This document shows positions 52,808 to 61,233 of a DNA stretch of 64,000 bases, in pieces. The position numbers and the translations under genes are program-made. Source of the DNA: Gammaproteobacteria bacterium (GTDB taxonomy: Bacteria > Pseudomonadota > Gammaproteobacteria > Ga0077536); contig CAXXLL010000003.1 in the NCBI GenBank assembly GCA_963662545.2, positions 1,728,001 to 1,792,000 on the forward strand, written 5' to 3'. The notes beneath the pieces are model-generated. The model was not told the DNA's origin and searched no databases. It worked only from the letters and a program-made list of their open reading frames with translations. Numbering within the stretch: position 1 is the stretch's first letter; each line of letters begins with the position of its first letter.

Positions 52808-54484
52808 ATGCTTAAAAGATTCCCGGTAATGTGGCTGCTGCTGGTGTTCGCGGCGGCGTCGGCAAAGGCCGTTGAAGTCGCTCGTCCCCAGCACAATGCG
52901 ATCGCTTCGGCGCATCCAGCCGCAACGGCGGCGGGCCGATCCATCCTCGACGCCGGGGGCAACGCCTTCGATGCGGCCGTGGCGGTTGCCGCCGCGCTTG
53001 CCGTCGTGGAACCCTTTTCGTCCGGTATAGGCGGTGGCGGATTTTTTCTGCTGCATCGTGCCGCCGATGGCAAGCAGGTCTTTATCGACGCGCGCGAAAC
53101 CGCGCCGGGCGCGGCGAGTGCCGACATGTATCTCGACGAACGAGGGGAATTCGTTCGCGAGCGATCGCTCAACACCGCGCTCGGCGCGGGTATTCCAGGG
53201 CTTCCCGCGGCATTGGTTCACCTGAGCGAAAATTACGGCAGCCTGCCGCTGGAGAAGACCCTGGCGCCGGCTATCGCCCTGGCGCGCAATGGCTTCGAAA
53301 TCGGAAATCGTTACCATCGCATGGCTGGATTCCGTACGAAAGCGTTCGCCGCGTCGCCGGAAGCCGCCGGTATTTTTCTCGATGAGGGCATGCCGCCGCC
53401 CGTGGGTTTTCGCTTGAGACAACCGGACCTTGCGGCGACGCTCGAGCGGATCGCCGCTGGGGGAAACGCCGCCTTCTACCAAGGTGACCTGGCCGCGCGC
53501 CTGGTCGACGGCGTCAGGGCGGCGGGCGGTATCTGGACCCTGCAGGATCTTGCGGCCTATACGATCAAGGAACGGGCGCCGATCGTCGCGACCTACCATG
53601 ACGTCCGTGTTGTGGCCGCACCCCCGCCGTCCTCGGGCGGCATCGTCCTGGTCGAGGCGCTCAACATCCTCGAACACTTCGACCTCGACGCCATGAGCGC
53701 CGACACCCGACTGCACGTCATCATCGAAGCGATGCGGCGCGCATTCCGCGACCGCGCAGAATTTCTGGGGGATCCGGATTTTGTCGATGTTCCGACCGCG
53801 CGCCTCATCACGAAACAGTATGCAGAGGTCCTGGTAGCGGGTCTCGACCTTGAACGGGCCACCCCGAGTGACACCCTGCCCGGTATCGCGGGCGGTCCCG
53901 AGGGCCGCGATACCACCCATTTTTCAATCATCGACCACCGAGGAAATCGGGTGGCCGCGACACTCAGCGTCAACTATCCATTTGGCGCGGCATCGGTGCC
54001 TCCCGGCACCGGCGTGTTACTCAACAACCAGATGGATGATTTTTCGGCCAAGCCGTTGACCCCGAATGCCTATGGCCTGGTCGGCGCACACGCGAATGCA
54101 ATCGCTCCGGGCAAACGGCCCCTGTCCAGCATGACCCCGACTTTTCTCGAAAGCCCGCAGGCGGTCGGTATTCTCGGTACGCCCGGGGGCAGCCGCATCA
54201 TTTCCATGGTGCTCATCAGCTCCCTGGAATTCGCTAACGGCGCCGACCCGCACGTCTGGGTCAGCGCGAAACGCTTTCATCACCAGTACCTGCCGGACGA
54301 AGTGCAATACGAACGCGGCGGATTGAATGATTCAGAACAGGAGCAATTACGCGCGCGCGGCCATACCCTGCGGGAGCTCAGCCGCAACTATGGCAACATG
54401 CATGCGATCCTGTGGCAGCGCGCGGCCGGCGTGGTCAAGGCGGCAAGTGATCCGCGCGGCGAAGGCGAGGCGCAGGTCTGGTAA
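52808..54484 (+). CDS. ggt: Gamma-glutamyltranspeptidase
   Basis: GGNAFDAA, TTHFS, PGKRPLSSMTP, SDPR. Confidence 0.95.
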   Translation: MLKRFPVMWLLLVFAAASAKAVEVARPQHNAIASAHPAATAAGRSILDAGGNAFDAAVAVAAALAVVEPFSSGIGGGGFFLLHRAADGKQVFIDARETAPGAASADMYLDERGEFVRERSLNTALGAGIPGLPAALVHLSENYGSLPLEKTLAPAIALARNGFEIGNRYHRMAGFRTKAFAASPEAAGIFLDEGMPPPVGFRLRQPDLAATLERIAAGGNAAFYQGDLAARLVDGVRAAGGIWTLQDLAAYTIKERAPIVATYHDVRVVAAPPPSSGGIVLVEALNILEHFDLDAMSADTRLHVIIEAMRRAFRDRAEFLGDPDFVDVPTARLITKQYAEVLVAGLDLERATPSDTLPGIAGGPEGRDTTHFSIIDHRGNRVAATLSVNYPFGAASVPPGTGVLLNNQMDDFSAKPLTPNAYGLVGAHANAIAPGKRPLSSMTPTFLESPQAVGILGTPGGSRIISMVLISSLEFANGADPHVWVSAKRFHHQYLPDEVQYERGGLNDSEQEQLRARGHTLRELSRNYGNMHAILWQRAAGVVKAASDPRGEGEAQVW

Positions 54485-54495
54485 TAGGCGTCGGT

Positions 54496-54848
54496 TATAG
54501 GAATATGGGACGATCAAAGCAGAACAAAGCGCATCCAACGAGTATTGAGGTATCAAGCAGAATTCAAGCGGGACATCGATTAAAGATAACTTAAGCTGTT
54601 GAGAGCATCGAAAAGTTAAGGACCCCGTTTTGTAACAGGCGGACGTTGATCATTACCGATGCTCTGGCGGTAAGGCCGAGCGTTCCCGCGCCGGTCGCTG
54701 GCGAGGCCTGGCATCCGTGCAAGGGTTTCGCGGCGGCATCGAGCCGCAGTCCTTGAGGCCCGGCAGCGCTGCTTGTGGGGGTGCTCGAGCGGAAGGAATG
54801 CCGGACCGCGTCGGCTGCGCATTGCGCTGGTCAAGATGGTCGAGGATG
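54496..54848 (-). repeat. IS91/ISCR oriIS-like repeat, copy 1
   Basis: Diverged direct repeat of 56618-56910 (shared AGAACAAAGCGCATCCA, GGCGAGGCCTGGCATCCGTGC, GCTCGAGCGGAAGGAATGCCGGA, GGCTGCGCATTGCGCTGGTCAAGA). Confidence 0.7.
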
Positions 54849-54869
54849 GCATCTATCAGGGGCGTTCGG

Positions 54870-55127
54870 ATGGCGTCAGTTGGCCAATACGGGGGCTTTC
54901 GCCTGATCTATCCCGAGGACGGAAGCGTAACGGGTAAGGTCTGCGCTACGATCGAGCACGACCCCCGTGGAATGGCCGAAGCGGATGCGGATACGGCCTT
55001 GTTCGCGGCGGGGTTCGTGACGATCAGCGTGATCGAGCCCCGCTGGAACACAGCGAAAGGTGAAGCCAGCGCAACGCCTGAGTGGATAGTCACACTCGAA
55101 CGCGAGTTGAGGCGCGAAGCGCCTTGA
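54870..55127 (+). other. Short ORF or gene fragment, unknown function
   Basis: 85-codon frame right after the repeat; no recognised motif. Confidence 0.3.
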
Positions 55128-55243
55128 TGGATAGCAAAGACAAGAAATAGCCGGTGCGATCAGGGACCGCACGGGCCGTGTAAATCGCTAAACCGTAGCG
55201 CCCGGGTCAGGCGGCGCCACGCAGCGCCACGCAGCGCTTTAGT

Positions 55244-56215
55244 TTAGGTGTCAGGTTTCGCCGTTTCGTCAGAGGCATCTTGGAGCCGCGTCCTGAACCG
55301 GAACACCGCGAGCGCCAGACCGGCCAGCGCCAAACTGCCTGGCTCGGGGACATTCGTGCCATTCACGTTGAACATTGCGCCTGCGGGAAGCGGCGTGCCC
55401 AGCGTGCCGGACAAATCATTGGGATCGCCGAGGGCAACCTGTGCGAAGCAGTTATTACTGAATTCGCCGAGCGCGCTACTTTCTGCCTCCCCACCACCGT
55501 TTGTCGAGCAGTTGGCCTCTTCTTCGACGCCGAACGCCGCGTCGGCCCAGACCTCGAGGTTGAAAAGGATTGTCATCATCTCGAGCGGCGCAAGGATCCC
55601 CAGATTGATCCCCGTAACCTGCGTTCCGCTCCAGGAATACACCGAGGAGCTTCCGAAGTTAGTCGTGGTCGCGTCGTTTAGCGTCGTGCCGCCCGGCACC
55701 ACAGTGCCGTCTTGATCGAGCGAGGCGTCGCTCGCAAATAAATCGCCTGACGCGCCTTCTTTTGAGATCGACAGGTCGTATCGAGCCGAACCAGTATCAC
55801 TGTTCGCCGGATTGCTGACCGCCATAAAGCCGCCGAATATATAGGCATCCAAGGAGTATTGCTGGGCGCTGCCCGAATTATTGGTAATTTTCAGCTCGCG
55901 TTCGAAAACCGCGTTGCTGTGGGCGTATTCCTGAGAAAATGCCGAGGCACGATAGACCCCGTTGCTATTGCCCCACGAATTCGCATCGGCTTGGCTGTTG
56001 GGGGAGGCGCTATCGCTCGCGCTTTCGCTAACGAAATTGGCGTCACTAGTTGGCCCATAGGTCTGTGGTGTGTTCGTGCCCGCTTTGGCGGACCCTTCGA
56101 CCGTGAGCGTATTGACCAGCGTCGCGTGTACCGGTCCCGCTACGAATATGGCGAATGCCACTGCTAACGCGCACGTGATCTTCCATGGATTTCCGGTGTA
56201 AAAAAATTGCCGCAT
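55244..56215 (-). CDS. PEP-CTERM sorting-domain surface protein
   Basis: Signal peptide (..PVHA), Ser/Thr/Asn-rich body, C-terminal VPEPGSLALAGLALAVFRFRTR. Confidence 0.92.
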   Translation of the reverse strand: MRQFFYTGNPWKITCALAVAFAIFVAGPVHATLVNTLTVEGSAKAGTNTPQTYGPTSDANFVSESASDSASPNSQADANSWGNSNGVYRASAFSQEYAHSNAVFERELKITNNSGSAQQYSLDAYIFGGFMAVSNPANSDTGSARYDLSISKEGASGDLFASDASLDQDGTVVPGGTTLNDATTTNFGSSSVYSWSGTQVTGINLGILAPLEMMTILFNLEVWADAAFGVEEEANCSTNGGGEAESSALGEFSNNCFAQVALGDPNDLSGTLGTPLPAGAMFNVNGTNVPEPGSLALAGLALAVFRFRTRLQDASDETAKPDT

Positions 56216-56332
56216 CGTCCTGTTCCTCTTTTTATTGCGCTGCGAGGCCCGTCACCAAACGATCGGAGTCTCATTGGTGATCGGATCCGACGCGAACGTC
56301 TGCACAGCACAGCTCGCACTATCAATAAGGGA

Positions 56333-56548
56333 AGCAAATACCGTGCCGAAAAATAAATACTTATAAATATCAATCCTTTGCGGGGAACACACCCTGAAAT
56401 AGCACCCACGGCGGCATCGAATTGTAAAAATTCTTGACAAAAATCGCTCGAATTATCGCGCTTCAAAGCGGGGGTGGACAAATTATGTTCTTGCGATCAA
56501 CAAGTTAGAAAAAAAAGAGCGCGGCCGGAACATGTAAAAATTATGGAC
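56333..56548 (-). promoter_or_regulatory. Sigma-54 promoter, IHF site and two upstream enhancer boxes
   Basis: Minus-strand TCGGCACGGTATTTGCT (-24/-12); TATCAATCCTTTG (56368-56380); TGTAAAAATTCTTGACA and TGTAAAAATTATGGACA. Confidence 0.8.
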
Positions 56549-56617
56549 AGGTGTCAATTGGCAGCGCGCCGAAACTTGCCACGCAACGGGTACTCGGACA
56601 TAAAAATTCCGGCGCGA

Positions 56618-56955
56618 GTATAGGAAGAACAAAGCGCATCCATCGAGTATTTAGGTGTCACGCGGGACACTGATTAATGATGATTGAAGCTTTTTAGGGC
56701 ATCGAGAAGGTAAGGATCCCGTGGGGTAACAGCCGGCAATGTTCATGATTGGCGATGCGGTGGCGAGGCCTGGCATCCGTGCACAAGTATCGGGGTGGCA
56801 TCGAGCCTCAGTCGTTGAGGCCCGGCAGCGCTGCTTATGGGGATGCTCGAGCGGAAGGAATGCCGGAGCGCGTAGGCTGCGCATTGCGCTGGTCAAGAGG
56901 GTCGAGGATGCATTGGATGACGGCGGGATGTTCGATGCAGGCGATGATCCTGACA
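56618..56955 (-). repeat. IS91/ISCR oriIS-like repeat, copy 2
   Basis: Minus strand ends GCGCTTTGTTCTTCCTATAC, like ISCR oriIS termini (..CTTCCTATAC); no transposase ORF. Confidence 0.7.
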
Positions 56956-56981
56956 TTGTCGCCGCAGACATCATGTCATCT

Positions 56982-57797
56982 TCAAGTCTGGCAACGGCTG
57001 CAGAAAAAGCTCGAACGCTGTCCAATCACACGCATCTTCAACGGTTTTCGGCACCTTACACAGGGATCACCCTCGCGCCCGTAGACCCTGAGCTTGTGCC
57101 GGAAGTATCCCGGCCTGCCATCGTCGCGTACGAAATCCCGCAAGCTCGTACCCCCCGCCTCGATCGACTCGCGGAGTACGGTCGTGATTTTCGACACCAG
57201 CGATTCGTATCGTTCGAGTCCGATGCGCCCGGCCGCGCGCACCGGGTGGATACCGGCGCGAAACAGCGCTTCGCTCGCGTAGATATTGCCGACGCCCACG
57301 ACCACGCGGGCGTCCATGATGTAATTCTTGATCGCGACGGTGCGCCCCCGCGCGCGATGGTACAAGTAGGCGCCGGTAAAAGTTGCATCGAAGGGTTCGG
57401 GCCCGAGATCGCGCAACAGCTCATGCGCCATGGGGTCACCTTTGGTCCACAGCATCAGGCCGAAGCGGCGCGGATCGCGCAGGCGTAGACAACGATCGCC
57501 GCGAAAGATGATCTCGACGTGATCGTGCGGCTGGCGCGGTATGCTAGCGTCTACGACGCGCAGACTGCCGGACATGCCGAGGTGGGTAATCAGTGTCCCG
57601 CGTGGAAAGTCGAACAGCAGGTACTTGGCGCGGCGCGTGACGGCGGACAGACGCGCGCCGGTCAGTATCGCAGAAAGATTACGGCTGACCGGGCGGCGTA
57701 GCCGCCGGTCGTGGACCTTGACCGCCGTGACGTCGCGACCACACAGCAAGGGTTCAATGCCGCGCCGCGTCGTTTCCACTTCGGGCAGTTCAGGCAT
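56982..57797 (-). CDS. mutM: Formamidopyrimidine-DNA glycosylase
   Basis: MPELPEVE, HLGMSG, GVGNIYASE, C-terminal zinc finger. Confidence 0.97.
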   Translation of the reverse strand: MPELPEVETTRRGIEPLLCGRDVTAVKVHDRRLRRPVSRNLSAILTGARLSAVTRRAKYLLFDFPRGTLITHLGMSGSLRVVDASIPRQPHDHVEIIFRGDRCLRLRDPRRFGLMLWTKGDPMAHELLRDLGPEPFDATFTGAYLYHRARGRTVAIKNYIMDARVVVGVGNIYASEALFRAGIHPVRAAGRIGLERYESLVSKITTVLRESIEAGGTSLRDFVRDDGRPGYFRHKLRVYGREGDPCVRCRKPLKMRVIGQRSSFFCSRCQT

Positions 57798-57967
57798 TGC
57801 GCCGGCGCCACCAACACATTACGCCGTTAAGGCTTAGTACCAGCGGCAGTCCGATACAGAAAAACAGGAACATCACCAGACGCTCCCACATGGCGAGATC
57901 CAGTTCGGCATCGAGAACTTTTGGCACGACGATGTCGATCAGCGCATCGTCGGCAGCAAGCCATTCG
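57790..57967 (-). pseudogene. 3' remnant of a GldG-like ABC-transporter auxiliary membrane protein
   Basis: EWLAADDALIDIVVPKVLDAELDL..IGLPLVLSLNGVMCWWRRRNA*; stop overlaps the mutM start. Confidence 0.55.
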
Positions 57968-58106
57968 AGCGCGCGTCGCCCGGCGGATGCTTTTGACGTG
58001 TTGCTCTGGTGTCTCGTGACGCGTGCTTCTCTTACTCATCCTGCTCTCCTCTCGAGCCTCGATGAGTCAGAATCACTCCATTATCTAAACTCCGCAACTT
58101 GTCTCA
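57968..58106 (-). mobile_element. IS3-family left-end remnant
   Basis: TG terminus (TGAGACAAGTTGCGGAGTTTAGATAATGGAG), SD, then MSKRSTRHETPEQHVKSIRRATR (OrfA-like), truncated. Confidence 0.6.
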
Positions 58107-58479
58107 TGAATGCTGACGGGGAACAGCACGATCCAGGCGGCGCGGGCTGTCGGCAAGGGGGTCGACGACAAACTCGAGGGACGGGAGCGCGTAAAGGAAC
58201 CCAAGCAACTCATGGACGAATGGCGGCAGATCATTGCCGAGAAATCGATCATCACGGAATACTCCGAAATCGACATCTGAATCGCCGTTGCAGGGGTCAT
58301 TTCGCTCGCAGCAGGCGGGATCCTACAGCGAACCTGAGCCGCCCTCCTGCGTCAACCGCAATTCAAAGCCGCTTACGTCATTCAGCCGACGTTATTCTTC
58401 CGCAGTCTAGCAACCGGCGCGGGTGGCGCCGAATGAACGGAGCCGGCTCGGAATTAAGCTAAGAAAAAAAGGTGTCAGG

Positions 58480-59819
58480 CTGAGGGATCCCCACAAATTC
58501 GACTAGCAAAATTCAAGTTGCACAATGGCGCGTGCCTGTAGATCCCGGAGCGCCTGTAATAAAGTTGAGCGCTGGATTTGAAGTTGCTTGGCAATGAGGC
58601 GAGCACCAACGAATACCACGGATAGGACGGGCTTACGTCTTTCGGTATTGGCCTGTAAACCTTTCACTAAACCTGTTTGGTAACCGACCAAGCCGACCAA
58701 CCATTGGGCCAGTGTGGCCAATGCGCACAGCAAGAGTAAGTTCGCCACTCTCTCGGGATCACGTCCCATGTTTTCTCTAAGTGCAAAGCCGTAACGGGGC
58801 GACTTCATGTCGCGGAAGCTCTCTTCAATCTGCATGCGGCGACGATACACGGCAACTACCCGATGCGCACTACGAAGGTTGTCCGGCAGATTGCTGGCCA
58901 ATAACCACGGCTCACGCGCCGCTGCCGACGGTTTCTCGGTATTGCGAGCCCGCGCCGGTTTGCCGTAAGCCGTATAGCAGACACGCCCGCGTTTCTTACC
59001 TTTGTAAACGAATAAATGGGTGTCCAGCGGATTACTTTTCGTGATCAAAAAACGACCCAGTGACTTCGGACGAGCATTGGCTTGGCCGTAGAGCACTTTG
59101 TTCGAATGCCATGCCGCCTCATCCATACCTCGCACGAGGTGACGATGACGGATGCGACCCACGTAATACCATCCCATTGAGGCCACAAGACTCAACCAGG
59201 GCGTCCGAAATCCTGCATCACTGACCAAGATCGGACAACAGCCCGCAGGCAGAATGGCCTTCAGTCGCTTCAGAAAGCGTTTCTCCGCTTTGACACTCGC
59301 GTAATGGTGTTCGACTTCTTCATACACGGGGATGGCTCGACCACCGACCGCTAAGGCCGCCCGCAATACATAGAGCTCTTGACGTTGATCCAGATTAGAC
59401 CAATCCACCAACACCACCGGATGCGCACAGTCCGATACCAATAACCGAGCTATCCATTGATACCACTGCAAACGCTCACCACCGAGCTGACGATTACCCA
59501 GCAAGCGATCGACGCGCTTAATCGCGTGTTTCTCGCTCGTGCCACTGTCTATGCTCCGACCGATATGCGTCAGCCACAAACGTCGGCCCCGAAGTAAACC
59601 GCCGACCGCCGCCCAAACCGAGAGTCGACGACCCAAATGCACACCGTATAGCGCTTCGCTGCTCATTTCATGTAACAATTTCAATACCTGCATGGCTCAC
59701 CTCGTCGTTCACAGATTGTCTTGCAACAACTGAGATCAACTCGAGCCATGCAGGTTCCACGAACCCACAAATCAATCTATCGCTTTGTATTTCGTTGGGG
59801 TTTTATGGGGATTCCTCAG
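58480..59819 (-). mobile_element. IS4-family (IS10-like) element, copy 1 (1340 bp)
   Basis: IRs CTGAGGGATCCCCACAAA / CTGAGGAATCCCCATAAA; 9-bp duplication GGTGTCAGG (58471-58479, 59820-59828). Confidence 0.93.
58503..59693 (-). CDS. IS4-family transposase
   Basis: LVDWS, SDAGF, EPWLL, YRRRMQIEESFRDMK (YREK). Confidence 0.95.
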   Translation of the reverse strand: MQVLKLLHEMSSEALYGVHLGRRLSVWAAVGGLLRGRRLWLTHIGRSIDSGTSEKHAIKRVDRLLGNRQLGGERLQWYQWIARLLVSDCAHPVVLVDWSNLDQRQELYVLRAALAVGGRAIPVYEEVEHHYASVKAEKRFLKRLKAILPAGCCPILVSDAGFRTPWLSLVASMGWYYVGRIRHRHLVRGMDEAAWHSNKVLYGQANARPKSLGRFLITKSNPLDTHLFVYKGKKRGRVCYTAYGKPARARNTEKPSAAAREPWLLASNLPDNLRSAHRVVAVYRRRMQIEESFRDMKSPRYGFALRENMGRDPERVANLLLLCALATLAQWLVGLVGYQTGLVKGLQANTERRKPVLSVVFVGARLIAKQLQIQRSTLLQALRDLQARAIVQLEFC

Positions 59820-60005
59820 GGTGTCAGGTTTATTTACTTGCTGAAACTCAGCAAGAAAAGGTATCGCTTAAATAAACCTGACACCTTTTCGTGGAGCCGG
59901 CTCGGAATTTGGTGGCGTGGAGCCTTGAGCCTTCCCTAGGTGTACGCACGAACCCGAGTTGATCAACAATACACCGACCGATTTAGACAGTCAGAGGAAA
60001 TAGAC

Positions 60006-60323
60006 ATGAAGAAATCGTTGAATCGTCGCGAGTTTGGCCATCTTTGCGCCGGCCTTGCAGCAACGGCTCTCGCCGTACCTGTCTCCTGGGCCGAGGATTT
60101 GCCGCAATTGGATCCGGCCGGACCGCAGGCCTCTGCACTGGGATACATCGCTGACGCATCAGAGGTTGACACCAGTAAGCACGCAAACTTCATTGCGGGC
60201 AGCACCTGTGCGAACTGCATACAGTACCAGGGCGGCGACGAGTGGGGCAAGTGCACCATTTTTCCCGGGAATCTCGTCAATGCCAAAGGCTGGTGCACCG
60301 TGTGGGTCAAAAAGCCCGCTTGA
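60006..60323 (+). CDS. High-potential iron-sulfur protein (HiPIP)
   Basis: Tat leader NRREF; ALGY..CANC..C.IFPG..V.AKGWC..W. Confidence 0.92.
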   Translation: MKKSLNRREFGHLCAGLAATALAVPVSWAEDLPQLDPAGPQASALGYIADASEVDTSKHANFIAGSTCANCIQYQGGDEWGKCTIFPGNLVNAKGWCTVWVKKPA

Positions 60324-60344
60324 GCCGCGCCTGATCGAAGCATC

Positions 60345-60375
60345 GAAGACCGGCCTCACGCCGGTCTTCTTTTTT
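60345..60375 (+). terminator. Rho-independent terminator after HiPIP
   Basis: GAAGACCGGC-CTCAC-GCCGGTCTTC-TTTTTT. Confidence 0.85.
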
Positions 60376-60555
60376 GGACCTAATGCATCGCGATGCCGCC
60401 GGCGTTGCCGGATCCCACTGTGATAAAGTCTCGACCCCGTCGACAATAACAACGAGGAGTCCACCAGAGTAGCGCCGTCTCAATTGACCGCACAGCCCCG
60501 CCCCATCCAAACCTAGATATCTCCTATACAGGAGGCACTTAAGAGCCCCGGGCTC

Positions 60556-60610
60556 GTTCAACAATAGGATAAAGTCGCGGCTGCGCACGACTTATCCTTA
60601 TTCGTTAAGT
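60556..60610. other. attC-like integron recombination site
   Basis: GTTCAAC (RYYYAAC)-AATAG-GATAAAGTCG..CGACTTATC-CTTATTC-GTTAAGT (GTTRRRY), 55 bp bulged palindrome. Confidence 0.65.
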
Positions 60611-60970
60611 GCCCGATGACTCAGATCTTTCAATCACGTGCGGCATTCGCCATGCCACCAGACCGGCGATCAGGTAACCCACGTTTAGGACGCCAATCAC
60701 CCACATCCAGCCGGGCACCCCAAGAAGGAAATAACCAATCGGAAAGAAGGAAGCAAAGAACAGCACTATTAGCGTAATGCCGTGCCCATGTATCGAGGCG
60801 ATTACGACTATGATTGCTAGCATCGCCAAGAGCATCGCTACGAAAAAAGCCACGCCAGACAATGGAAGCGGCGGAGTGGGTGTCCACATTGCGACGTTCC
60901 AGCACGCACACGCTCCGACCCCAGATACTACGCCAGTGAATTTTCCAACAAGTTGTATTGTTTCCCTCAT
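60605..60970 (-). CDS. Four-TM hypothetical protein (gene-cassette-like)
   Basis: 121 aa, hydrophobic, lower GC; stop codon lies inside ACTTAAC; GTTAGGT 17-23 nt upstream of ATG. Confidence 0.7.
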   Translation of the reverse strand: MRETIQLVGKFTGVVSGVGACACWNVAMWTPTPPLPLSGVAFFVAMLLAMLAIIVVIASIHGHGITLIVLFFASFFPIGYFLLGVPGWMWVIGVLNVGYLIAGLVAWRMPHVIERSESSGT

Positions 60971-61233
60971 AGCGCTAATCCGGGGCACCTAACGCTAGGA
61001 TAACCTGCGTGTTACGAGTATAGAAGATATAGACGCCCCCTCTTGACCCGTGGGGTCTATTGGGGTCAAGTCTTCACTTTATACAGGTTCAAAGCGCAAC
61101 CACCGTGCTTTCGATGATCGCCTCTTATCCCGAGCTTCCTCGAAGTTATTTTCGATCCAGTTATTTCGCCGCACCGGCATCGTTAATAAATTGATGTCCG
61201 TATCCAGCGAGGTGTCAAAAAAAAGGTGTCAGG

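Noticed and set aside
55213-55236. GCGCCACGCA tandem duplication
   Set aside because: About 2.4 units; simple slippage
54616-57025. Similar short ORFs (..LTSAMRS.R.PAFLPLEHPHKQRCRAS..) in the two repeats as a protein family
   Set aside because: Similarity follows from the DNA repeat; starts, lengths and indels differ, so coding is unsupported
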